A DNA stretch of 64,000 nt, from positions 7,634 through 71,633 of the forward strand of contig VBLZ01000097.1 in the NCBI GenBank assembly GCA_005878515.1, in the 5' to 3' direction. Below, one piece after another: positions 9,138-19,453 of the stretch. Below the pieces are notes generated by a model. It saw only the letters and a list, made by a program, of their open reading frames with translations. It did not search any database and had not been told where the DNA came from. A program made the position numbers and the translations under genes. Position 1 is the stretch's first letter, and the number at the start of each line of letters is the position of its first letter. The DNA comes from Methanobacteriota archaeon (GTDB lineage: Archaea > Thermoplasmatota > Thermoplasmata > RBG-16-68-12).

Positions 9138-10475
9138 ATGCAGGCGATTCGAGCAGAACCGACCGGGGCGAGCGACGTGAAAATCCTCCTCGACGTGGAC
9201 GACCTGCCGCGGGCCTGGTACAACATCCTCCCGGACCTCCCCGCGCCCTTCCCGCCGTACCTCCACCCGGGGACGAAGGAGCCGGTGCCGCCGCAGGCGT
9301 TCGAGCCGCTATTCCCAAAGGAGCTCATCCGCCAGGAGATGAGTCCGAACCGGGCCGAGCCGATTCCGGACGAGCTTCGGGAAGCGTACTTCCGCCTGGG
9401 CCGGCCGACGCCGCTGTACCGAGCGAAACGGCTCGAGGCGTTCCTCAAGACGACGGCACGGATTTACTACAAGCGGGAGGACCTCTCGCCGGTCGGCTCG
9501 CACAAGCCCAACACCGCGTTCGCCCAAGCCTTCTTCGCCGCCCGGGAAGGGGTCGAGGCCCTCGCCACGGAGACCGGTGCGGGTCAATGGGGATCCGCCC
9601 TCGCGCTCGCGACGAACTACTTCGGACTGAAGGCGAAGGTGTTCATGGTGCGCGTTTCGTACGACCAAAAACCGTACCGCAAGTACGTCATGAACCTGTA
9701 CGGAGCCGACGTCATCCCGAGTCCGAGCGATCAGACGAACGTCGGGAAGAAGTTCCTGGCGCAAGACCCGGACCATCCGGGGTCCCTCGGGATCGCAATC
9801 TCCGAAGCGATCGAGGCCGCGGTCACCGGGAAGAACACGAAGTATTCGCTGGGCAGCGTCCTGAACCACGTCCTGATGCACCAGACGATCATCGGCCTCG
9901 AGGTGCAGAAGCAGTTCGAGCTGGCGGACATCACGCCCGACTTCATGGTCGGCAGCGTCGGCGGGGGCTCGAACTTCGCGGGCTTCACATATCCGATGAT
10001 CGGCGAGCGGATCCACGGCAACGTCGAGACGCGGTTCGTCGCGGTCGAACCGGAATCGGTCCCCTCGATGACGCAAGGCCGTTACGAATACGACTTCGGA
10101 GACACGGGGGAGATGACGCCGCTCGTGAAGATGCACACCCTGGGCCATACGTTCGTCCCGCCGCGGATCCACGCGGGCGGCCTGCGGTACCACGGGACCG
10201 CCGCGACCCTTAGCGTCCTGCTGGACTCGGGGCTGGTCGAGCCGCGCGCGGTGGGCCAGCTCGGGACGTTCCAGGCGGGCGAAATCTTCGCGAAGACCGA
10301 AGGGCTGATCCCGGCCCCGGAGACGTGCCATGCGATTCGCGGCGCGATCGACCTCGCGCTCGAGGCGAAGGAGCGGCACGAGGAGACCGTCATTGCCTTC
10401 AACTACAGCGGCCACGGCCTGCTGGACCTCGAAGGCTACCGCCAGTTCATGGAGGGCAACCTGAAGAACAACTGA
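9138..10475 (+). CDS. trpB: Tryptophan synthase beta chain, TrpB2 type
   Basis: [35 protein letters not shown]… together with the PLP-binding region (…SHKPNTA…) and the TrpB2-specific N-terminal extension. The ORF is about 445 aa from the ATG at 9138. Confidence 0.9.
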   Translation: MQAIRAEPTGASDVKILLDVDDLPRAWYNILPDLPAPFPPYLHPGTKEPVPPQAFEPLFPKELIRQEMSPNRAEPIPDELREAYFRLGRPTPLYRAKRLEAFLKTTARIYYKREDLSPVGSHKPNTAFAQAFFAAREGVEALATETGAGQWGSALALATNYFGLKAKVFMVRVSYDQKPYRKYVMNLYGADVIPSPSDQTNVGKKFLAQDPDHPGSLGIAISEAIEAAVTGKNTKYSLGSVLNHVLMHQTIIGLEVQKQFELADITPDFMVGSVGGGSNFAGFTYPMIGERIHGNVETRFVAVEPESVPSMTQGRYEYDFGDTGEMTPLVKMHTLGHTFVPPRIHAGGLRYHGTAATLSVLLDSGLVEPRAVGQLGTFQAGEIFAKTEGLIPAPETCHAIRGAIDLALEAKERHEETVIAFNYSGHGLLDLEGYRQFMEGNLKNN

Positions 10476-10518
10476 ACACCGGAAGTAAGTCGGCTCCATC
10501 GCCTGGCGCCAACTCTTC

Positions 10519-10528
10519 CTTTTTTTCC
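10519..10528 (+). terminator. Oligo-T tract (archaeal-type terminator) after trpB2
   Basis: The sequence cttcctttttttcctc begins 45 nt after the trpB2 stop. It is embedded between the 9-bp inverted repeats CCTGGCGCC and GGCGCCAGG (10501-10509 / 10551-10559). Confidence 0.4.
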
Positions 10529-10608
10529 TCAATGCGGAAAGTCATCAATGGCGCCAGGTCCCAATCCACTCGAGTCAAAGACATGAGCCGCCAACGCCAT
10601 CCGCCGTC

Positions 10609-12540
10609 GTGGACGTCGGAGTGGATGTCGGCGGCACCTTCACCGACTTCGTTGGGTTTCGTGGCCGCGACGTCGTGACGAGAAAGTTGCCGAGCACGAC
10701 CAATCCCGAGCAAGCGGTCATCGAGGGAATGCAGGACCTGGGCGCGGCGGGCATGGCCCATGGCACCACGGTTGCGACGAACGCGATCCTGGAGCGGGAA
10801 GGAGCCCGCACGGCATTCGTGACGACCGCCGGTTTCGAGCATCTTCTCCTGATCGGCCGTCAGAATCGGCCTTCCCTTTACGACCTCCGAATCACCCGGC
10901 CTCCGCCTGCCATCCCGAGGGAGCGATGCTTTGGGCTCGCGGAACGGGTGGACGCGCACGGACGGGTCCTCCGAGTCCCGACGGACCGCGACTTGGAGGA
11001 GCTGGCTCGAAAAGTTCGATCAAGTGGGGCCGAGTCGGTCGCAGTCTCCCTCCTCTTCTCGTTCCTCCATCCGGCGCACGAGCGACGCGTTGCGAAAGCG
11101 CTCGCCGGCCTGTCAGTTTCCACGAGTCACGAGGTGCTCGCCGAGTTTCGCGAATTCGAGCGATCGTCGACCACGGCCCTCGACGCCTACGTGAAACCAC
11201 TCGTCATTCGATACCTCCAATCCCTCGAGAAGGCCGTCCGCGGCGAGTTCCACGTAATGAAATCATCCGGCGGGGTGGTCTCCCATCGAGCCATTGTGCG
11301 CCGACCTGTCGACATGATCCTGAGCGGACCGGCGGGCGGAGTCGCGGCAGCGGTCGCGGTGGCTCGGGCGACCGGCCAGGGAAATCTTCTGACGTTCGAC
11401 ATGGGTGGCACGAGCGCGGACTTCTCGACAATCGTCCGCGGTGCTGCCAGTTGGACGACCGAGGCCATGATCGACGCGTTCCCGCTCGCGATTCCCGTCA
11501 TTGACATCGAGTCGGTCGGAGCGGGCGGTGGGAGCATCGCCTGGATCGATGCCGGCCGCGCCTTGCGGGTCGGGCCGCAGAGCGCGGGCGCGACACCCGG
11601 CCCGATTGCCTATGGAAACGGGGGCACGTCGGTGACCGTCTCCGATGTCGATTTGGCCGGAGGCTCGCTCGGACCGCATCTGCTCGGGGGCCGCCTTCCG
11701 CTGCGGGAAGATCTCGCCGCGAAAGGGATCGCGCGTCTTGCGGACGAGTTGCATCTCTCCTCCGACGAAACGATCCTCGGAGTACAACACGTCGTCCGCG
11801 CGACCATGGCGAAGGCGATGCGCATCATCTTGGCCCGGCGCGGACTCGACCCTCGGGACTTTGCGCTCCTCGCATTCGGCGGGGCCGGTCCGATGCACGC
11901 GGCAGCTTTGGCACGAGAACTCCGGATTCCTCGCATCCTGGTGCCCTTCCTCCCGGGAGCCTTTTCCGCGTACGGGATCCTGATCTCGCCGATCCAGCTG
12001 GAATATAGCCGGACCGTCGTCCGACCCTTAGACCGTGCAGGGCCTACAATCGGGGAAACGGTCACGGCATTCCGGTCTCGGGCCGTCCGGGCGCTACGCC
12101 AAGAACACCACGATTCCCTCCAGGCGGTGGTCGAGGCGAGCCTCGACCTTCGGTACCAGGGACAGAGCTACGAGATCAACGTCCCGGTTCGCGGCGATCT
12201 CGCGCGCACATTCCGGAGGGAGCACCGCCGGCGGTACGGATATGCCTCGCGGGAAGAACGGATCGAACTCGTCACCGTGCGTCTGAAGGTTCGGGTCCCG
12301 CGCCGCGTCACCTTCCCGCGGTCGCAGGGGGTTGGGCCGCCGAGGATCGCCCGTCGGCGGGTCTTGTTCGATGACGGATGGTCGGAGGTCTCCGTGTTCG
12401 ACCGCGAATCGATCCCCGTTGGGTTCGAACAGACGGGTCCCGCGATTGTCGCGGAGGACCACGCGACGACCGTAGTGCCGCCGGGAGCGACATTCCGCAT
12501 TCGTCCTCGCGGGCTCATCGAGATCGAGGTGGCGCCGTGA
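10609..12540 (+). CDS. hyuA: Hydantoinase/oxoprolinase family subunit A (HyuA)
   Basis: The N-terminus MDVGVDVGGTFTDFVGF is the hydantoinase_A signature. The protein is 643 aa. Confidence 0.9.
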   Translation: MDVGVDVGGTFTDFVGFRGRDVVTRKLPSTTNPEQAVIEGMQDLGAAGMAHGTTVATNAILEREGARTAFVTTAGFEHLLLIGRQNRPSLYDLRITRPPPAIPRERCFGLAERVDAHGRVLRVPTDRDLEELARKVRSSGAESVAVSLLFSFLHPAHERRVAKALAGLSVSTSHEVLAEFREFERSSTTALDAYVKPLVIRYLQSLEKAVRGEFHVMKSSGGVVSHRAIVRRPVDMILSGPAGGVAAAVAVARATGQGNLLTFDMGGTSADFSTIVRGAASWTTEAMIDAFPLAIPVIDIESVGAGGGSIAWIDAGRALRVGPQSAGATPGPIAYGNGGTSVTVSDVDLAGGSLGPHLLGGRLPLREDLAAKGIARLADELHLSSDETILGVQHVVRATMAKAMRIILARRGLDPRDFALLAFGGAGPMHAAALARELRIPRILVPFLPGAFSAYGILISPIQLEYSRTVVRPLDRAGPTIGETVTAFRSRAVRALRQEHHDSLQAVVEASLDLRYQGQSYEINVPVRGDLARTFRREHRRRYGYASREERIELVTVRLKVRVPRRVTFPRSQGVGPPRIARRRVLFDDGWSEVSVFDRESIPVGFEQTGPAIVAEDHATTVVPPGATFRIRPRGLIEIEVAP

Positions 12541-14111
12541 ACCCGGCGGATCTGGAGATCCTGCAGACCGGGTTGTCGTTCATCCCGGAGGAGATGGGAG
12601 TCGCGCTTCGCCGGACCGCGTACTCCCCGAACATCAAGGAACGAATGGATGCGAGCTGTGCGCTCTTCGACGCCGAGGGACGCATCGTGGCCCAGGCGGA
12701 GCACATCCCGGTCCACCTCGGTTCGATGCCCGTCGCGGTCGACGCCGCGATGCGGGATTTCCCGGGAACCCTCCGAGAAGGAGATCAGATCATCCTGAAC
12801 GATCCGTACCGGGGCGGCACGCACCTCCCGGACGTCACGCTCATCCGACCCGTGTTCGTGCGCCAGCTGATCATCGGATTCGCGGTGAACCGCGCGCATC
12901 ACGCCGACATCGGCGGAAGAGTGCCGGGCTCGATGCCAGCGACCGCGATGCGCCTCGAAGACGAAGGACTGGTCTTGGAGCCGCAGAAGGTCATGGACCG
13001 CGGACGGGAGCGGCAGGCGGTCGTCGAGCGATTCCGCCAGGAGACCATGTATCCCGCGGAGAGACTGGGCGACCTCCGGGCACAGATCGCGGCGAATGAG
13101 CTGGGAGCTCGCCGCCTCGTCGAACTCGCGGAACGCATCGGTGTCGCGAATCTCCGGACCTCGATCGAGGAGCTCCTCGACTATGGGGAGCGGCGGGTGC
13201 GCGCGTCGATTGGCGAGCTGCCTCGCGGGACCTGGTCCGCCGAGGACTTCATGGAAGGCGCCTCGCCGGACGAGCCCGATCGAATCCGGATCCGTGCGGA
13301 GATCACGATTGGCGGATCCGGCATCGCGGTGGACTTCGAGGGAACCGATCGGCAAGTCGCCGGGAACCTGAACGCTCCATTCGCCGTGACGCTGAGCGCC
13401 ACCTCGTACGTGATGCGCTGCCTGACGGATCCGGACGCGCCGCGAAACGCGGGAGCGCTCCGTCCTCTGCGGGTCTTGGCGAAGGAAGGGAGCTTGGTGA
13501 GGCCGCGCCCTCCCGCCGCCGTGGCCGCGGGGAACGTCGAGACCTCGCAACGAATCGTGGACGTCCTGTTCCTCGCGCTGTCGGAGCCGCTCGCCGAAAC
13601 GGTCCCCGCCCAAAGCCAAGGCACGATGAACAACGTGACGATCGGAGGACCCGATCCTCGACCGTTCTCGTACTACGAGACGATCGCGGGTGGCGAGGGC
13701 GCGCTCCCGTACCGCCCGGGGATGGCGGGCGTCCATACGCACATGACGAACACACGCAACACACCGATCGAAGCCCTCGAGTTCGCCTACCCGCTTCGCA
13801 TCGAGGAGTATCGGCTCATCCCAGGGACCGGCGGCCGAGGCCAGCATTCCGGCGGCGACGGCATTCGCCGTTCGGTTCGACTCCTCGCGCGCAAAGGCAC
13901 CGCCTCGATCCTCTCGGAACGTCGTGCCCTTCGGCCGAAAGGTCTCGAAGGCGGAGATGATGGCCGCCCCGGGAAGAACCTGCTCGTGCGGAGGGGCCGG
14001 CGTCACGGGTTGCCCGCGAAGGTGACGCTCGAACTTCGGCTTGGCGACCTGCTCGTGATCGAGACCCCCGGAGGCGGAGGATGGGGACCGCCGGAGCGCC
14101 GACGTCGTTGA
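12537..14111 (+). CDS. hyuB: Hydantoinase/oxoprolinase family subunit B (HyuB)
   Basis: Translation reads …VNPADLEILQTGLSFIPEEMGVALRRTAYSPNIKERMDASCALFDAEGR…, the hydantoinase_B family. The GTG start at 12537 overlaps the hyuA stop (GTGA). Confidence 0.9.
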   Translation: MNPADLEILQTGLSFIPEEMGVALRRTAYSPNIKERMDASCALFDAEGRIVAQAEHIPVHLGSMPVAVDAAMRDFPGTLREGDQIILNDPYRGGTHLPDVTLIRPVFVRQLIIGFAVNRAHHADIGGRVPGSMPATAMRLEDEGLVLEPQKVMDRGRERQAVVERFRQETMYPAERLGDLRAQIAANELGARRLVELAERIGVANLRTSIEELLDYGERRVRASIGELPRGTWSAEDFMEGASPDEPDRIRIRAEITIGGSGIAVDFEGTDRQVAGNLNAPFAVTLSATSYVMRCLTDPDAPRNAGALRPLRVLAKEGSLVRPRPPAAVAAGNVETSQRIVDVLFLALSEPLAETVPAQSQGTMNNVTIGGPDPRPFSYYETIAGGEGALPYRPGMAGVHTHMTNTRNTPIEALEFAYPLRIEEYRLIPGTGGRGQHSGGDGIRRSVRLLARKGTASILSERRALRPKGLEGGDDGRPGKNLLVRRGRRHGLPAKVTLELRLGDLLVIETPGGGGWGPPERRRR

Positions 14112-14165
14112 GTGTAGCCTACGTGCACCGGACACGTAGACCTGAATGCGCGCAGATTTCCCGTC

Positions 14166-15497
14166 GTGACCCCGTTCGGTTTCGTCGCGGGCTTTCTCAT
14201 CCTGACAGTCCTCGGCCTCCTGGCGGGTGCGTTGACGGGACTGTCGCCCGGACTTCACGTCAACAACGTGGCGGCCCTCGTCCTGGCAACACAGGCCGCG
14301 TGGACGAGCTTCGTTGCGACCCTCGTCCCGGACGTCGCGTCCGAGCCGGAGACGATGGGCCTTCTGCTGTCCTGTTTCCTCCTCGCGGCCGCGGGGAGCC
14401 ACGCGGTCTTCGACTTCATCCCGGCCGTGTTCCTCGGGGCGCCGACGGAAGATACGGCTCTCGCCACCCTTCCCGGGCACCGTCTCCTCCTGGTGGGCCA
14501 GGGTGCGAAAGCGGTCGCGCTCGCCGCCCGCGGCGCATTGCTGGGGACCGCGTTCGCGGTCGTCGCCCTGGTCCCACTGCGGTTCCTCCTGGCAGATCCG
14601 GTTCATCTCGCGGACCTCTTCCGACCGTGGGCCCCGGCGTTCCTGGTGTTCGTCCTGGCGGCCGTCCTCGCTTCCGAATCGCGCGGACGGAACCGCGTCC
14701 GCCGGTTGGCTCGGGCTGTGTGGGTCCAGGCACTGGCCGCCGGCCTCGGGATCGCGGTCCTCCGAGGGCCGGGCCTCGTCGCTCCTGACGCGGTCCTCTT
14801 CCCGCTCTTTTCCGGACTCTTCGGCATTCCGAGTCTGCTCCTCGGGCTGCGCGCTCGGCCCGGTTCGATTCCATACCAACGGGTGGAACCGCTCCGAGCC
14901 TTGTCCACGGAGGATGCGCGGAGCGCCCTACGGGGCACTCTCGCCGGAGCGAGCGTGTCGTGGCTTCCTGGCCTGAGCGGCGGAGCGGCCGCGACCCTTG
15001 CATCGGTCGGCACACGGAAGACCGTCGGACCGAGTCAGTTCATGGTTGTGATGGGCGCGGTCTCCACGTCCACCGCGCTTCTCAGTGTCGCCGTCCTCTT
15101 CATGATTCACCGGGCCCGCAGCGGGGCCGCCGCCGCGGTCCGCGGACTGAGCGGAGATCTTCCCCCGTGGCCGTCCGTGTGGGCGACCCCGACGTCGCTG
15201 ATCCTCCTCGTCGCCTCGGCCGTCCTGGCGACGGCGATGGCGGCGCCGCTCGCCGCCCACCTCGGCCGCGGCGTTGCGCGTCGCTGGTCGAGTTCGAATC
15301 CGCGGAGGATCGCCGCGTTGTCGCTCCTCGCGGTCCTGATCCTCCTCGTGATCGCGACCGGTCCGGTCGGCATTGGGCTGGCCTGCCTCGCGGCGGTCGT
15401 CGGCCTCGTACCGATCGCGCTCCGGGTTCGTCGGGTGCACTTGATGGCGTCGCTCTTGGTCCCGGTCCTCTTGACCTATCTCGGTTCCGCGGCCTGA
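14166..15497 (+). CDS. TctA-family (DUF112) tripartite tricarboxylate transporter-like permease
   Basis: A 443-aa polytopic membrane protein. It has the duplicated TctA-type motifs GALTGLSPGLHVNNVAALVL and ASVSWLPGLSGGAAATLA. The start is GTG. Confidence 0.65.
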   Translation: MTPFGFVAGFLILTVLGLLAGALTGLSPGLHVNNVAALVLATQAAWTSFVATLVPDVASEPETMGLLLSCFLLAAAGSHAVFDFIPAVFLGAPTEDTALATLPGHRLLLVGQGAKAVALAARGALLGTAFAVVALVPLRFLLADPVHLADLFRPWAPAFLVFVLAAVLASESRGRNRVRRLARAVWVQALAAGLGIAVLRGPGLVAPDAVLFPLFSGLFGIPSLLLGLRARPGSIPYQRVEPLRALSTEDARSALRGTLAGASVSWLPGLSGGAAATLASVGTRKTVGPSQFMVVMGAVSTSTALLSVAVLFMIHRARSGAAAAVRGLSGDLPPWPSVWATPTSLILLVASAVLATAMAAPLAAHLGRGVARRWSSSNPRRIAALSLLAVLILLVIATGPVGIGLACLAAVVGLVPIALRVRRVHLMASLLVPVLLTYLGSAA

Positions 15498-15554
15498 GGA
15501 AAGGATAATGCCTTCGCTGCCGCATTGAGCACCGGCGTGGCTGCGTCGAGGAAA

Positions 15555-16373
15555 ATGTCAAGCGCGGGATCACCGAACGTCCTTGGCAAGCTCTCGTACG
15601 TCCTCGCGAGCCGCCAGCGTGAGAAAGTCCTCGCGGCCGTGGTCCCGCGCCCGCAGACACCCGGGCAAATTGCGAAGCAGACGGGCCTTCATCTGTCCCA
15701 CGTGAGCCGCACGCTGGGGGAGTTGTCGCGGACCGATCTCATCACGTGCCTATCCGGCGAACGCCGCGGGAAGTTGTACGCCGCCTCGAATCTCGGCCAC
15801 GCCGTGTTCGCGGAGCTCGCGGACTCGCGCGGAGATCGACTCATCTCCCCGATGGCCCGGGGCAGTCACTTCCACAACTACCACCACTGGATCGCGGTCC
15901 ATCATGGAAAGGCGGCCGCGGACGAGGTGCTCATCGAGATCGGCCTGGATCCGGCGCACCTCGATGCGGAAGAATGGTATCCCCTGCGTGCGGCGCTCGA
16001 CGTGCTCGACCAGATCGAGGCCCGGTTCGGAGACGGCACGTACGATACCATTCGTCGGATGGCCCGCGAAGAAGTGGGGAACTTCCCTTCCGTCCGGCGG
16101 CTCGTCCGCCGCGGGCTCCCGTTCCCGATTTTCCTGGAGCTCTCTCCGAACGCCTATGCGAGGGAGTACAACCACGGCCGGCTCGAGGTGGATGTCCAAG
16201 AACGCCGGGCGGTGATGCGCAACTACGACTGGATGAGCAGCCCAGCGCGGTGCGCCGCCCGGCTCGGGGGGTACGAGGGGACGCTCACCCTGCTCGCAAT
16301 GAACGGGACCGTCACGAAGGTCGCATGCATGTTGCGCGGAGCCCCGTACTGCGGCTATCGGATCGACTGGTGA
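15555..16373 (+). CDS. Winged-helix transcriptional regulator with a C-terminal sensor (V4R-like) domain
   Basis: The N-terminal HTH is …LASRQREKVLAAVVPRPQTPGQIAKQTGLHLSHVSRTLGELSRTDLI…, and the C-terminus ends …VACMLRGAPYCGYRIDW. The ATG at 15555 has an AGGAAA spacer, and the ORF track starts at TTG 15525. Confidence 0.55.
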   Translation: MSSAGSPNVLGKLSYVLASRQREKVLAAVVPRPQTPGQIAKQTGLHLSHVSRTLGELSRTDLITCLSGERRGKLYAASNLGHAVFAELADSRGDRLISPMARGSHFHNYHHWIAVHHGKAAADEVLIEIGLDPAHLDAEEWYPLRAALDVLDQIEARFGDGTYDTIRRMAREEVGNFPSVRRLVRRGLPFPIFLELSPNAYAREYNHGRLEVDVQERRAVMRNYDWMSSPARCAARLGGYEGTLTLLAMNGTVTKVACMLRGAPYCGYRIDW

Positions 16374-16546
16374 GCGTCGGCCGGCATGACCCGAACGGAA
16401 CATCGTCTGGTATCTAACTGGTAATTGGCATTATCCCCTACGATGCGCTCCGGGCAAGAGGCAGGGATCCAGGGAAGCGACATCCTCGTTCGGAGGGATG
16501 CCTGCCGGTGCCCGTCCTCGCGGGGAGTCGTGGACGGGTCCCTTTC

Positions 16547-17096
16547 TTACGGTTCCTCGTGATTCTCGCGGGTCCCGTACGGGGTCGAGTACTTGTGCGT
16601 CTCCCGGATCCGTTCGACGCCGTCGATCTCCTTGACATACTCGGCGACCACGGCCGGGACGAGGGATTCCCAGTCGCCTCCTTTCAACATTCGCTGGCGG
16701 ACGACGGTCCCGGAGAGCCGCTCGCGGTCCAACAGGGGGGGCGAGAGTACCTTGAGGCCGTGTTCCCGGAACAAGCGCACTACGAGATCCGAATTCGTGT
16801 AGACGCTGTCAAAGCGGGGCACGAGCGAGGTCACGTGGCTCACCCACACACTGTGGACGTGGGTGTCCGGGATCGGCACGATGTGATAGTTGTGGATCCC
16901 CTCCGCGTCGAGGGCCCGTTTGATCATCTCATATCGCTCGCCGGCGGTGAACGGATTCTCCCCGGTGTGGCTGTACTGGGCCGATCCGATCCCCACGATG
17001 ATCTCGTCGTTCGACTCGAGGATCCGCTTCACGGTCGCGAGGTGACCCCGATGGAACGGCTGGAACCGACCGATGAAGAATGCGCGCCCGCTCACT
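16547..17096 (-). CDS. nadM: Nicotinamide-nucleotide adenylyltransferase (archaeal NMNAT)
   Basis: VSGRAFFIGRFQPFHRGHL carries the archaeal NMNAT HXGH-type motif. The GTG start at 17096 was chosen. Confidence 0.9.
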
Positions 17097-17247
17097 CGTC
17101 GTCCTCTCCGAGGAAGTGGTCGATGTACGGGCACTCGATCGTCAAGAACATGCGGCAATGGACGCACATACCGTCGTCGTCCGCAGGTGCGAGGGCGGGG
17201 CTGGATTCATAACAGGGCATCGGTTCGGAGAACTCGGAGGGATCCAT
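17092..17247 (-). CDS. Small Cys-rich protein (possible zinc-binding)
   Basis: MDPSEFSEPMPCYESSPALAPADDDGMCVHCRMFLTIECPYIDHFLGEDDE (about 51 aa) sits exactly in the gap between the lon stop and the nadM start, with a 4-nt overlap onto nadM. Confidence 0.3.
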   Translation of the reverse strand: MDPSEFSEPMPCYESSPALAPADDDGMCVHCRMFLTIECPYIDHFLGEDDE

Positions 17248-17275
17248 CGGACCTTCCAACGGTCTCTCCGGAATC

Positions 17276-19261
17276 TCAGTGGGGCACTGCGGTCGGGCCC
17301 GGCTTGTCCGGCGTAATCTTCGGGACCAACGCCACGAGTTTGCTAATGAGCCCGGATTTCTTGGGACCCACGAGCGCCTGTTCCAGGACCTCACTCAGCG
17401 TGTCCACGGGGACGATCTCGATCTTCCCCTGGTAACGATCTTCCAAGAGGACGTCTTTCAAGTTGGCGCGGGGAATGACGACCTTCCGGATCCCCAGTTC
17501 CGCCGCGGCCTCGATCTTCGCGGTCACACCGCCGACCGGGAGGACCTGGCCGCGGACGCTCAGCGAGCCCGTCATCGCGACGGTCTGGTTGACAGGAACC
17601 TCTTCGAGGGCGCTGATGACGGCCGTCGCGACCGAGATCGACGCGCTGTCGCCTTCGGTCCCCTCGCGGGAGCCGACGAACTGGACATGGATGTCGTGGT
17701 TGGAGATGTCCTCGCCGGTGTACTTCTTGATGAGGGCCGAGACGTTCTCGACCGCCTCTTTCGCGATGTCCCCCAGGCGACCCGTGGCAATGATGCGCCC
17801 ACCCTGTTTCGCCTGAGCCGGCGTCACTTCGGCGGCGATGGGCAGGACGATGCCACTGAATTCCGCCATCGAGTTGTCGCCGATGAGGACCGCCAGGCCG
17901 TTGACCATGCCGACGATCGCGCCTTCCGTGATGAACGTCTGATACTCCTTGCCGCGTTCGATCATGCGGTCGGCGACCTGTTGCTCGAGCGACCGCGCGA
18001 TCCGCTTCGCGTTCAGGACATGCTTCGCGGTGACGAGGGGCGTCGACTCTTCTTGGGCGATGTCGCCGGCGACGCGGATGAGCCCTCCGAGTTCGCGGAG
18101 CCGCAGGGTCAACTGACCCCGGCGGCCTGCTCGGCGCTGTGCCTCCCGCAGGATTTCGAGCACCGCGGTCCGGTCGAAGTGCGGAATCTTCCGGTCCTTC
18201 GCGACCTCTTGAGCAACGAACCGCACGAGCTTGAGTCGATTCTCGTCCGAATCGGGCATCGTGCTCTTCATGTAAATCTCGTACCCGTACCCGCGAATCC
18301 GAGAGCGCAATGCCGGGTGCATGCCCTGGACCGCGTCCAGGTTGCCCGCGGCGACGAGGATGAAGTCGCACGGCACGGCTTCCGTCTTCACCATCGCGCC
18401 GGAGGACCGTTCGCTCTGACCGACGATGGAGAACTTCTTCTCCTGCATCGCGGTCAGCAGGCTCTGCTGGCTCTCCATGCGGAGCACGTTGATCTCGTCG
18501 ACGAACAGGACGCCCTTGTGGGCCTTATGAATCGCGCCGGATTCGACGCGCTCGTGCGCCGGCGTCTCGAGCCCGCCACTCTGGAACGGGTCGTGTTTGA
18601 CGTCCCCGAGGAGCGCGCCCGCGTGGCTCCCGGTCGCATCGACGAACGGCGGCATCTCGTCGGGCGTGTGGCTCACGAGGAGCTTCGGGACCATGAGGTT
18701 CTCTTGGCGATGCCCGGTGTACCGCGTGGCGATGTAGATGATCGCCGCCACGAGGATGCCGAACAGGATGATGTTCGGCGCGTCGGGTCGGAACTGCGGC
18801 GTCTCGGATCCCCATTGATACGAGAGGATGACGCTCAAACCGATGATGAAGAAGACGATCGTCATGACCATGGAGGCCTTCTGTTCCCGTCGTTGCATCG
18901 CCTCCGCCTTCTGCGCGTTGACGATTTCGCGTCCCTTCCCGGCGGGCACGACGCGGATCTTGGGCTCGTTCGGATCTTCCGGATTGTGGTAGACGATGAT
19001 GTCTTGGAGGTCGTCGCGCGGCAGCATTTCCGTCATCGACCGGGCGAGCATCGACTTGCCCGTGCCCGGATCGCCGATGAGCATCACATGCCGCTTCTGC
19101 TCGGAGGCCTTCCGGATGACCTCGACGGCTCGCTCTTGACCGATGACCTGGTCGACGAGCCGCTCGGGGATCTTGACCTCCGCCGTGGACCGGAAATCGA
19201 CCTTGTTAATCCACGTATCCACAGGGGGGAGCTCTTCAGGCTCTCCCACCGTCTCCACCAT
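17276..19261 (-). CDS. lon: Archaeal membrane-bound ATP-dependent Lon protease (LonB)
   Basis: A 661-aa protein with the Walker A motif IGDPGTGKSM, a TM insertion (…IVFFIIGLSVILSYQ…IILFGILVAAIIYIA…) inside the AAA+ domain, and a C-terminal Lon protease domain with the catalytic Ser region (…MTGSLSVRGQVLPVGGVTAKIEAA…). Confidence 0.95.
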   Translation of the reverse strand: MVETVGEPEELPPVDTWINKVDFRSTAEVKIPERLVDQVIGQERAVEVIRKASEQKRHVMLIGDPGTGKSMLARSMTEMLPRDDLQDIIVYHNPEDPNEPKIRVVPAGKGREIVNAQKAEAMQRREQKASMVMTIVFFIIGLSVILSYQWGSETPQFRPDAPNIILFGILVAAIIYIATRYTGHRQENLMVPKLLVSHTPDEMPPFVDATGSHAGALLGDVKHDPFQSGGLETPAHERVESGAIHKAHKGVLFVDEINVLRMESQQSLLTAMQEKKFSIVGQSERSSGAMVKTEAVPCDFILVAAGNLDAVQGMHPALRSRIRGYGYEIYMKSTMPDSDENRLKLVRFVAQEVAKDRKIPHFDRTAVLEILREAQRRAGRRGQLTLRLRELGGLIRVAGDIAQEESTPLVTAKHVLNAKRIARSLEQQVADRMIERGKEYQTFITEGAIVGMVNGLAVLIGDNSMAEFSGIVLPIAAEVTPAQAKQGGRIIATGRLGDIAKEAVENVSALIKKYTGEDISNHDIHVQFVGSREGTEGDSASISVATAVISALEEVPVNQTVAMTGSLSVRGQVLPVGGVTAKIEAAAELGIRKVVIPRANLKDVLLEDRYQGKIEIVPVDTLSEVLEQALVGPKKSGLISKLVALVPKITPDKPGPTAVPH

Positions 19262-19453
19262 CTTCTGACCGGGCCCTCGCGTGGGTCGCTTTCGAATACA
19301 CGACCCTTCTACTTAAACACTTTGACCTTGAAAACCCGAATGAGACTGCGCGGGGCTCGAGTTTCTCCATATGCGAGTCATCGGTCGACACCGCAAATTC
19401 GTCGCAGTTCGATTCTCTCGTGAGGTCGAATGAGTGCGAATCGCAATCGAACG

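Noticed and set aside
12168-14879. 903-aa minus-strand ORF, the longest in the window apart from ileS
   Set aside because: It is entirely antisense to the well-supported hyuA/hyuB genes. It has an Arg/Gly/Asp/Glu-rich, low-complexity composition typical of stop-free antisense frames in high-GC DNA. No recognisable motifs were found.
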